Assembly (NCBI GenBank): GCA_963711305.1
Contig: CAVQDT010000007.1
Span: 589,246 to 653,245 of the forward strand
Source: an uncultured Pseudomonadota bacterium
GTDB taxonomy: Bacteria > Myxococcota_A > Polyangia > Fen-1088
Direction of reading: 5' to 3'
Length of the DNA stretch: 64,000 bases
Shown here piece by piece: positions 55,415-64,000 of this stretch. The translations under genes were made by a program, and so were the position numbers. Position 1 is the stretch's first letter. Every line of letters starts with the position of its first letter. The notes beneath the pieces are model-generated. The model was not told where the DNA came from. It worked only from the letters and a program-made list of their open reading frames with translations, and did no database searches.

Positions 55415-57284
55415 GTGAAAAACTGGGGGCTGCGCGGCGCGACCGCGCTGATTCTAGTCTCTGGCGGGCTGCGCGACCGCGCGGTGGCCGCCGGCGCCGC
55501 AGCCGGGCGCCGACGGCGACGCCCATGTCCACGCCCACGCCCACGCCCACGCCCACGCCCACGACACACGGCGCCTCGTGCACCTCTGCGCGCGCTGGTG
55601 ACCATCGTCGTGGATCAGCTTGCCGCCTGGATCGCCTCGGAGCGCTGGCCCGAGCTGCCGGCCGACGGTGGCTTCGCTCGGCTGCGGCGCGAGGGGCTGT
55701 ACGTCCGCGAGCTGCGCTACGACCACGCGTCGACCGACACCGCGCCCGGCCACAGCGCGCTCTACACCGGCGAGGTCCCGCGCGAGAGCGGCATCGTCAC
55801 CAACGACCTCGTCGTCAGCGACAAGGGCGACACCGTGTCGATCCTCGCGGATGAGCAGAACGACCTGCTGGTCGCGGGCGGGATGACCAAGCCGAAGCAC
55901 GGCGCGTCGCTGGCGCGGCTACAGGGCGACACGCTCGCAGACGTGCTGCGCGCCCGCGATCCCGACGCGGCGATCTACGGCCTGTCGCTCAAAGATCGCG
56001 GCGCGCTGTTCGGCGCCGGGCGGACGCCGACGCTCGCGCTGTGGTTCGACCCCGGCGAGGAGGCGTTCGTCAGCTCGACCGCGTTCGCGCAGGCGCTGCC
56101 GGAGTGGGTGGTTCCGGTCGGCGGGCGCGACGCCGTGCGCGCCGCGTACACGAGCGTGGGACAAGCCACTCGATCGCGAGCTGGGTCGAGGCACACGCGT
56201 TCGACGCCGGATCCGCAACCGGGCGAAGGCGACCTGGGAAAGGTCGGCGCTCAGCCGGGGCTGGGGATCGCATTTCCACACGCGATGCCCAACGCCAAGA
56301 CGATGCGCGCGACGCCGGTCGGCGATCGGCTGCTGCTGCAAGTGGCGCTCGCTGCGATCGCGCACGCCGCACCCGCGCCGCACCCGACGCTGCTGGCGAT
56401 CTCGTTCTCGTCGAACGACTACGTCGGTCACACCTTCGGGCCCGACTCGTGGGAGGCATGGGACGAGCTTCGCCAGCTCGACCGCCGCCTGGCCGAGCTG
56501 CTGTCCGCGCTCGACGCCGCGTTCGGCAAGGACAGCTACGCGGTGATGCTCACCGGCGATCACGGCATCGGCGCGATCCCCGAGCTCGGGGATCGGGCGC
56601 GGGCGGCGGCGTGCAAGCGCACCGCGGTGCCGGGCCTGGATCGCGGCGGTTCGGGGGACGACTGCAAGCTCGGCCCGCGCTCCGCCCCCGCCGGCGGTGA
56701 TCGCCGCGCTCGAGGCGGCGTGGCAGCGGTGAGCTGGGACCGGCGCACCACGGCCCGTTCATCGCCGGCATCGCCGACGCGATGGTGTTCCTGAACACGG
56801 CGGGGCGCGCCCTCGGTCCGGCCGAGCGCGCGCGAATGGCGCGCGCCGGGACCGGCGGCGTTGCACGACACGCTTCAACATCGACGAGGTCGTCGACGTC
56901 CGCACCGCCGCCGCGCCCTGCCCGCCCGCTTCCGACGAATCGCGCGACGCGCTGGTCTGCCGGTCGGTGCGACGCAACGGCCCGGGCGATTTCGACCTCG
57001 TGGTCGCGCCGCGCGCCTTCTTCGAGGTCTACGTGCCGGACGCCGGCGCGAACCACGGCTCGCCGTATCTCTACGATCGCGCGGTGCCGCTGCTGGTGCG
57101 CGCGCCCGGACGCGTGGCGGCGGGCGCGGTGCGCGAGCAGCCGGTGCATTTCACGACGTTCGTACGCACGGCGGCGTCGCTGCTGGGCATCCCGGCGCCC
57201 ACGACGGCGGGCGCAGGCGAAAATCTGGCGGCGCCGTCGAGCGCAGCGGCTGCTCGCCTAACCCTCCCCCCGCAGACGGGGTGA
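55415..57284 (+). CDS. Alkaline phosphatase superfamily (nucleotide pyrophosphatase/phosphodiesterase-like) lipoprotein (about four frame breaks)
   Basis: GTG 55415 (alternative ATG 55405 in another frame). A LAGC lipobox is visible one frame over at about 55462-55473. IVVDQLAAW, DTAPGHSALYTGEVP, SSNDYVGHTFGPDS, VMLTGDHG. The C-terminal part is in ORF 56967-57284 (GSPYLYDRAVPLLVRAPG). The last codons run into repeat E. Confidence 0.75.
55521..55563 (+). repeat. Hexanucleotide microsatellite (CCACGC)n inside the phosphatase N-terminal linker
   Basis: gcccatgtcc, then ccacgc x5 plus ccacg (55529-55563). Depending on frame it encodes (HA)n, (TP)n or (PR)n. Confidence 0.8.
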
Positions 57285-57377
57285 GGGAACCGGACGGCCA
57301 GACCCGATCTGACCGGTCAGATCGACTGATCCGATCCCCTCCCCTCGTCTGCGGCGGACGGTCAGGGAGAGGGGTCT
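57257..57377. repeat. Two-arm inverted copy (E) of the hairpin element
   Basis: cctaaccctccccccgcagacggggtgagggaaccgga (left arm) and tccgatcccctcccctcgtctgcggcggacggtcagggagaggggtc (right arm). Both convergent ORFs (ending 57284 and 57362) terminate inside it. Confidence 0.8.
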
Positions 57378-58276
57378 CGCGACGTTAGTCGAGCGGAGTG
57401 GCGCGCGACGATCTCGGGATCGCACGCGGCGAGCTCGATCTGCCGCGGGCCCAGCTTGACGCGGATCAGGCTGCCGAGCGTCTCGTCGAACGCGACGTAC
57501 AACCAGGCGCGGATCGCGTCGCCGACGCTGACCTTCAACCGCGCCGCGTAGCTCGCGAAGCCGCGGATGTCCTTGAACTGATCCATCGCCAGCATCATCT
57601 GCGCGTCCTCGACCAGCCCGGTCGGGATCGGGCGCGCGGCGATGAACGGGTCGGCGCGGATCGCGGCGATCTCGCGCGGCAGGCGCGCGTGATACGAGCC
57701 GTCCTCGATCAACGACGCCAGCGCGCGCTGATGCGGGTGGGTGCCGGCGACGATCTGGTCCGCCTGGCGCGCCATCTCTTCCACGCCCTGCTCGTGCGCG
57801 CGCAGCAGCACCAGGTCGTAGACCGGGTGGCGGTGGAACGTCTGCAGCACGTGCTCGACGATCGCGTCGCGCGGCAGGAACAGCCCGACCGGATCGAGCA
57901 TGGTCGCCGGCGCGGCGATGAAGCGCCGCAGGTTGTGAAAGATCCAGGGGATGCCCTGGCTGCGATAGAAGATCTTGGTCTCCTCGCTGGCGCTGACCAT
58001 GATCTGGTCGCGCCCCGCGACCAGCAGCTGCGACCAGCTCGGAAGCGCGTCGATGTGGCCGAGCCCGCGCAGCCGCTCGAGCCGGCGGCGCACCAGCCCC
58101 GGCCGCAAGAACGCCGCCACCAGCGACGCCAGCTGCGCGAGCTTCGCCAGGTTCTCGCGGACGCCCCCGACGACGTCGGCGAGCAGGCGCCACCACGGAC
58201 CGTCCGAGCCAGGCCGGCGGCGTCGCCCCCTGAATCTCGGCCATGGACGGCCGCCCCGACGGGACGGCCGACGCAT
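57362..58276 (-). CDS. Hypothetical protein (N-terminus uncertain)
   Basis: ORF 57362-58276. Coding-looking from about WWRLLADVVGGVRENLAKLAQL onward. No motif recognised. The first 25 or so codons are Arg-rich and may be out of frame. Confidence 0.55.
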   Translation of the reverse strand: MRRPSRRGGRPWPRFRGRRRRPGSDGPWWRLLADVVGGVRENLAKLAQLASLVAAFLRPGLVRRRLERLRGLGHIDALPSWSQLLVAGRDQIMVSASEETKIFYRSQGIPWIFHNLRRFIAAPATMLDPVGLFLPRDAIVEHVLQTFHRHPVYDLVLLRAHEQGVEEMARQADQIVAGTHPHQRALASLIEDGSYHARLPREIAAIRADPFIAARPIPTGLVEDAQMMLAMDQFKDIRGFASYAARLKVSVGDAIRAWLYVAFDETLGSLIRVKLGPRQIELAACDPEIVARHSARLTSRDPSP

Positions 58277-58337
58277 TCAACGACTGCACCGGCGAAGCTT
58301 ACCGCCGGTGCGGCCCGCCGTCAGTGACTGGCTCGAA

Positions 58338-59530
58338 TCAGGGCGCGTCGATCAGGTGGTGCGCCTCGACGCGCGCGAACCCACCCGGGTAGTGCGCCAG
58401 GTAGTCGGTCGCCGCGCGCCGCGCCGCGACCGTGTCGATCAACGCGAGCAGCTTCATGCGCTGCGCGGCCGCGCTCTCGGTGAGCGGGCTGTTCGGATAC
58501 TGGCGCGAGAAGCGCTCGAAGATCCGGATCGCCTTCGAGCCCTGCCCGCTCCGCTTCGCCCGCACCGCCGACGCGAACATGTCGTTCTGCGCCGCCAGCT
58601 CGGACTTCGTCAGTGGAGGCGACGGCGGAGCCGCCGCGGGCGGCGCCTCGGCCGGAGCCGGCGCCTCGGCCGGAGCCTCGGCGACGGCCGGCGCGCTGAC
58701 GCGCATCGCATTGGTGCGAGCCCTACCGCCGCGGACGTGAACGCGAGCGCTCGGGCTCGGAGCCGCGGCAGCCGCCTCCGGAGCCGCCTGCGCCTCCACG
58801 CACTTCTCCGGCCAGACGTGTCCCGGCGTGACTCGCACCTCGGTGCCGTCGCGCCGCACGCTGACCACGCCCTCGGTGACCGCGACGCGCGTGATGGTGC
58901 CGCCGCCGCACGCGGGATCGACCGGAACCACCGCGACCCGGAACGCCGTGCCGTGAACCTCGACCTCGGCGTCAGCCGTGGCGATGATGAAGCGCTCGCC
59001 GGTGACCAGCTTGGCGACCTTCGCGCGGATCGCGCCTTCCTTCAGCTCGTAGCGCTGGATGTTGCTCGCGTCCTTGACCGCGACCTCGCCGCCACCCTCG
59101 AGCGTCAGCGTCGTGCCGTTCGCGGCGCGCCGAAGCGCACCTCGCCCGCGGGCGGAGCGACCAGGCGGAAGCCTTGCGGCAGCGCCATCCCCTCGACCAC
59201 CGGGACCGGCGCCGCGTCGGTGCCGACCATCATGCCCGACGGGTGCTGCGGGGTGCTGATGATGTGCAGGCGCGGCCCCTCTGCGACCGTCGCGATCGGC
59301 ACCGGCTTGTACGGATTCAGCAGAGTCTTGCCACCGATGACCAGCACCAGGGCGGCGGCGGCGGCGCTCGCGGTCATCGTCCAGCGCACCATCTGCTGGC
59401 GGCGACGACGCATGCGCAGACCACGCTCGACCGCCTGCACCAGACGCTCGCGGTCGGTGGGAAAGCGGGGCGACGGCTGCGATTCGTTTCGCAGCGCGGT
59501 CGTGATCATATCGGCATAGGACCGGGACAT
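58338..59530 (-). CDS. Anti-sigma factor, FecR domain with C-terminal helical-repeat domain (one frame break near 59140)
   Basis: ATG 59530 lies 1 nt after the sigma-factor stop. MSRSYADMITTALRN..., single TM ASAAAAALVLVIGG. FecR-like EVEVHGTAFRVAV...TITRVAVTEGVVSV. Pro/Ala linker. Tail SAVRAKRSGQGSKAIRIFERFSRQYPNSPL. Confidence 0.75.
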
Positions 59531-59531
59531 T

Positions 59532-60170
59532 TTACCCACCCCCTTCGCTAAGCTTGAGAAGGTCCGCCAGCTCCGGATCGCAGGCGACACGTTGGTGCAG
59601 ATCGCGCCGCCCCCGCGCCAAACGACTTTGCGCGGCCGCCAGACTCACATTGGTCATTTCTGCAATTTCTTTAAGTTCGTAGCCCATGAGCTCATGCATG
59701 ACGAACGTCCAGGCTCTTCCCTCGTTCATCTTTTCCAGGTGATTGGCCACGCGCGCGAGGATGTCGCGCGTGAGCGACCGGCGTTCGCCCGCGACCGGAG
59801 CCGCGGGCATGTCTTCTTCGGCGAGCGCGTCGGCGAAGATCCGCCGCTCGGTCCGCCGCCGCCGGATGTACTTGAACACCACATGCGCCGTGACTGTTTG
59901 CGCCCAGGTGTCGAGCGAACAATCGCCGCGATAGCGATCGATCGTTCGCACGATCTCGAACAGCGCGAGTTGCGAGAGATCTTCGTGATCGGTGTCGCGC
60001 CGGCCGAGCAGCTTGCGGATGGTGCGGTCGACCTGCGGCCACAACCGGTTGCACAGCGCGGAGGCAATGGCGGAGTTCCCGGACCGCGCTCCCGCGATCA
60101 GGGCATGGTCATCGAGCGCACGCGACGCCGGCGTCGCGGCCCCAGGCGCCCGGTCGGCCGGCGGGGGCAC
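59532..60170 (-). CDS. ECF-type RNA polymerase sigma-70 family factor
   Basis: Intact ORF. Region 2: HEDLSQLALFEIVRTIDRYRGDCSLDTWAQTVTAHVVF. Region 4: ELMGYELKEIAEMTNVSLAAAQSRLARGRRDL. Confidence 0.85.
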   Translation of the reverse strand: MPPPADRAPGAATPASRALDDHALIAGARSGNSAIASALCNRLWPQVDRTIRKLLGRRDTDHEDLSQLALFEIVRTIDRYRGDCSLDTWAQTVTAHVVFKYIRRRRTERRIFADALAEEDMPAAPVAGERRSLTRDILARVANHLEKMNEGRAWTFVMHELMGYELKEIAEMTNVSLAAAQSRLARGRRDLHQRVACDPELADLLKLSEGGG

Positions 60171-60329
60171 CAGCCGGAGGGTCCCAGCCTGACCTATTTT
60201 GACTTCCGAAAGCCACGGTACATGGGAAGAGTACCTCGACCTCGCCCAGAGCAGGCGGCCTGTGGAAAATCAGTCACACAAAGTTTGTGGGCCACCGCGG
60301 CAGCGTCCGCGCCCACCGAGCTTAAACTA

Positions 60330-61310
60330 CTAAAATGATATACGAATCCCGACCTCACCCGTACCACGCAACATCGGGATCGTGTCGCGATGACGCTGAG
60401 TCGAATCGTCCGGGTTGATCGATTTCGATGTCGGTATCCCCCAGCGCCGCCTCGATTCCCAGGCTGGTCACGATGTCGAGCGCCGAGCTGACGCTGAGCG
60501 CAATCTCGGCCAGCGCGTCGATCCCCGGCATCCACTTCGAAATCTGCCTCGGGAGTTGCCCAGGTCGCGCGTGACGTAGTGATTCAGAACCAAAGCATCC
60601 ATCCGAATCCCGACAGCGATCCGGCGGTCAGACGACGGACGCCGCGGCCAGATGCAAACGCCGAGCGCGGCGGACGACGCCAGGTCATGGCCGCTGATCT
60701 TGGGCATCTCTCCCTGCCAGGCGGCGAAGCCAAGCCGCGCGGCGATCGTCGGCGTCACGAAGAATTCGCCCGAGATCGAGCCGCCGTAACCTCTCGCGGT
60801 CCCGGTACTGCTGAACGCGGTGTGCCCCAGCGCGACCAGGCGAATCGCCGTGCGCAGCTCCGGCGTGTCGGCGGGCCGCTTCACGCCGCGGTACGGGTTC
60901 GCCGCCAGCGTCTCCTCGGGCAGCATCGACGTCACCGCGAAACCGAGGGCCCGCCCGCGCTCGGTCGGGGTATCGACGACCGCGAACTCGATGGTGCGCT
61001 CGGTCCAGCGGTTGCCCTCGGCCACGTGGACCCGGACCCGCGCGCGGGTGTGCGTGTCGTCGAGCCAGAGGATCTGCGCCGCCGTCTGCGCGTGCACGAG
61101 CCGCTCGATGCGCAGCGTCTCGTCGTCGCCGGTCTCGTCGACCTCGCGAACCACGACCGCGTCCTCGCTGCCCAGCGCCTCGACGGCGGTCGCGCGCATC
61201 GAGTCGGTGGCCTGGTCGTCGACGTTCTGCGTGGCGATGACGATTGCCAGCACGACCACGGGCGACATTAAGCGACCTGCCCAAAATGCCGTGGCCGCGC
61301 TGCCATGCAA
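60330..61310 (-). CDS. Hypothetical secreted, beta-barrel-like protein (two to three frame breaks)
   Basis: ORF 60468-61310 (possible start at MSPVVVLAIVIATQ, 61268). The tail rebuilt by hand across two more frames ends LRGTGEVGIRISF, stop TAG at 60332-60330. A terminal Phe is typical of OMPs. Weak. Confidence 0.45.
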
Positions 61311-61420
61311 TCACTCTGATTACCACGGGACGTTCGTGACCGTCAGCGCAGATTCGGTGCGCGCCGCGCCGACAGCGATTTCCCGGTAACATCGGTCCGT
61401 GACGGCCCGGAAAAACCCGC

Positions 61421-63577
61421 TTGCGTGTGGCGACAGCGGCCCTGTGCGGGCTGGCGGGCCTCGCGGCGACCGGTTGCCACCGGCGGGAGGCGGCGCCGCC
61501 GGAAGCGAGCTCGACCGCAACGACCCGAGGAGCGCGAGCCAGCGCGCCAACGCCCGGTTGCTGGAACGCGTGGTCGACCCCTGGCAGTGGCCGCGCGCCG
61601 CAGGAGCGACCACGCGCGAGCGGGCCGTGGAAGACATCGGCCCCTACGAGATCCCGCCCGGCGGCCACGGCGCCGGCGACGCGATCAACACCAACGCCGA
61701 CTACTGGACCCGCCTGGCCGGCATCGCCTGGGATCGCGACGTCGACATCGACTTCCGCGACGAGCCGGTCGACCTCGACGGCGACGGCGTCCCCGACGCG
61801 CGCGTCACGCGGCGGGTGCACGCGCCCGGCGGCATCCTCGCCAACCCGGAGCTCTTCGGCCTCACGCGCACGCCCGACGACCCGCGCGGCCGCGTCGGTC
61901 GCATCTCGGTCTCGACCGGCGTGCTGGGCCTGCGCGAGGCGCTGCGCCCCGACGGGCGGCCGAGCGGCCAGATCGGCATGACCTGCTTCGTCTGTCACGG
62001 CGGCACCGACCCGGTCGACGGCCGCGTCGTGCTCGGGTTGCCGGGCACGCGCTTCGACTACGGCCTCTTGCTGGCGACGTCGGCGCTGCTGTCCGATGAC
62101 GAGCGCGCGGTGGCGGCTCGGCGCGCGCGCGGCTTTCCGCCCGGCCGCGTCGTGCGCGCGCGCCTGCTGTTCGCGGGCCCGGGCCGCCAGGACCTGACCG
62201 GCGAGTTCGGTCTGGACGTCACGGTGCCGGGCTACCACTCGGCGCGCTACGCCGGCACCAAGCGCGTGCGGCAGGGGACGCGCGGCATCGTGAATCCGAT
62301 CAGCGTCCCCGCCGCGTTCGGCACCGCCGGGTTGCTGCTGCAGAACTGGTCGGGATCGGAAGACGCCGCGGGCCCCTGGCTCGATCGGCTGCTCGCGCTC
62401 GCGGGCGGCGCGCCGGCGCGCGACGGCCAGCCGATCGGCGCTCCGACGCTGGCCGCGTTCGGCCTGCCGGCGACCGATCCTGCCGCGACCCGGCGCGCGC
62501 TGCTGCTCGACCTGCGCAACCTGGGAACGCTCGGCTTGCAGCAGGATTCGTTCCCCGGCCTGCTGTGGGCCGACGCGATCTACGGGCATACCGACCTCGA
62601 TCCGCGCGCGCTCGCGGCGGTCCCGCCCATGTACGCGGCAACCGCCGTGCGCCAGGTGCTGGAGGGCGCGGCGTCGGCCGAGGCGCTGCCCCGGCCGCCG
62701 GTCACCGACGCGGCGGCGGTCGCGCGCGGGCGCGCGCTGTTCAGCGATCGGATCGTCGGCGCGATCGCCAATCGACAGATCCTGAAGTCGGGACCGCGCG
62801 CCTACGCGGCCGCGCGCCTCGGCGGACCGATCCTGGCGCCGATCGATGCGAGCCAGCCGCTCGACGCCAAGCTGCCGGTCCGCTGCGCCGACTGCCACAG
62901 CGGGGCGCCGCTCGAGCAGGTGGTGCCGCTGGCGGCGAATCCGCCGCCGCTCGGGCGCTGCACCCACTGCCACCTCACGCATCCGGAACCGCCGGGCTAC
63001 GCCAGCTGGGGATCGATCCGGACCCTCGCGGCGCCGGCCGACGCGCCCGCCGAGGTCGCCTTCTGCGCGCGCTGCCACGCCGAGCACCGCGCGTTCGGCC
63101 CGTTCGTGGCGACGTCGAGCCGCCTGTTCCCGTTCGACGCCGACGGCGACGGCAACGCGCAGGGCGACGAGGCCGATGACGCGCGCGCCGGCGGCATCGG
63201 CACCGAGCCGCTGCTGGCGTTCGACGTGCCCCGCCGGGATCGCCCGAACGGGCGCTTCGGGATCGACGTGCCGCGTGATCGGCGATCCGGTGCACGCCGG
63301 CCCGATTCGCCACACCCAGATCGGCGTCGCCTGGGTGCGCACGGCGCCGCTGGTGGCGGTGTTCGCGACCGCGCCCTATCTGCACAACGGCTCGGTGCCG
63401 ACCTTGCGGGCGCTGCTCGAGCCGGCGCGCCGCCGGCCGGTGACGTTCCCGCTGGGCGAGACCGGGTTCGTCTTCGACACGCGCCTGCCCGGCAACCGCA
63501 ACATCGGCCACGAGTTCGGTACCGCGCTCAGCGACGGCGACAAGAACGACCTGATCGCGTTTCTGAAAACGCTTTGA
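61421..63577 (+). CDS. Four-haem cytochrome c peroxidase (CCP/MauG)-like lipoprotein (two frame breaks, about 61500 and about 63290)
   Basis: TTG 61421 gives MRVATAALCGLAGLAATGC (lipobox; ORF 61421-61981), then the frame of ORF 61399-63687 with four CxxCH motifs: CFVCH 61984-61998, CADCH 62884-62898, CTHCH 62959-62973, CARCH 63064-63078. The tail in ORF 62846-63577 reads APYLHNGSVPTLRALL...LSDGDKNDLIAFLKTL, typical of CCP-family C-termini. Confidence 0.75.
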
Positions 63578-63721
63578 CGAACCGGCATCGCCGGCCCGCT
63601 GTCCGGCGACAAAGTCAAGGATTTGCGCGCACCTCCGGGCCGGAGGGTCTGACGCGCTTGCTAGCAGGGACCCCGGGTGATAGCTAGACTGCCCAACTTC
63701 ATCCACTACTGAGGACAATCC

Positions 63722-64000
63722 ATGCAATCAACCAAGAGAATGACGTTTCTGATCGTCTCGGCGCTCATGACGCTGGGTGCGGTCACCGGCTGTGACCAGT
63801 CGAAGGCAGAGCTCGATACGACCAAGCAGCAGTTGACGGCGATCACGGCCGAGCGCGACGGCCTGAAGTCGCAGCTCGACGCGGCGAAGCAGCAGGTGAC
63901 GACGCTGACCGCCCAGGTGACCGACCTGCAGGCGAAGCTCGCGGCCGCGCAGACGCCGCCGCCGCCCCCGCCGCCCGTGGTCGAGGAGAAGGGCGCAAAG
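63722..64000 (+). CDS. Coiled-coil lipoprotein, 5-prime part only (runs off the right edge)
   Basis: Absent from the ORF track (no stop in the window). ATG 63722 gives MQSTKRMTFLIVSALMTLGAVTGC (lipobox), heptad-like QLTAITAERDGLKSQLDAAKQQVTTLTAQVTDLQAKL, then a poly-Pro run. Confidence 0.6.
   Translation, partial: MQSTKRMTFLIVSALMTLGAVTGCDQSKAELDTTKQQLTAITAERDGLKSQLDAAKQQVTTLTAQVTDLQAKLAAAQTPPPPPPPVVEEKGAK

Noticed and set aside
60685-63342. 885-aa minus-strand ORF
   Set aside because: It is antisense to the four-haem CCP-like gene, whose CxxCH motifs and CCP C-terminus identify the plus strand as coding. Arg/Ala/Gly-rich composition.

Overview
64-kb, very GC-rich bacterial chromosomal segment. 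My spot counts of single 60-nt lines give 73-77% G+C in housekeeping stretches and 47-62% in two patches at about 15.0-19.1 kb and 22.7-26.5 kb. Lineage markers point to Myxococcota: two MYXO-CTERM-type sorting tails, a fibro-slime domain protein, many Gly-rich lipoproteins, and NtrC-type and ECF/FecR regulators. I recognise about 57 protein-coding genes and no rRNA, tRNA, CRISPR array, transposase or integrase. Layout: (i) 1-4.1 kb, partial VWA protein and aconitase. (ii) 4.2-22.6 kb, an envelope-glycosylation-type accessory locus with three polyprenyl-phosphate-sugar-synthase-like GT2 genes, five large polytopic membrane proteins (YfhO-like, DUF2079, GT-C-like, plus a convergent paralogue pair), three SAM methyltransferases and a Gly-rich lipoprotein. 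(iii) 22.7-27.2 kb, a duplicated cassette of a Cys-rich lipoprotein plus a histidine-brace (LPMO-like) MYXO-CTERM protein. This is my best candidate for something undescribed, together with (ii). (iv) 27.2-31.9 kb, an operon of sensor kinase, ferredoxin-MBL hydrolase, sigma54 activator and membrane protein. (v) 32-57 kb, mostly housekeeping (BolA-Grx4, hemD, M28 peptidase, ilvBN, def, ribA, mrp/apbC, ligA, P450, msrA, Memo-like, Dus, phosphatase). (vi) 57.4-63.6 kb, an ECF sigma/anti-sigma unit next to a four-haem cytochrome c peroxidase-like lipoprotein. A roughly 50-nt G/C hairpin module occurs at five intergenic sites (eight arms), mostly as inverted pairs between convergent gene ends. Caveat: most genes longer than about 1 kb are broken by frame changes. 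All seven junctions I rebuilt by hand are repaired by deleting exactly one base, so I treat them as insertion-type sequence errors and give whole-gene coordinates that span the breaks. All family assignments come from motifs read by eye, with no database search.
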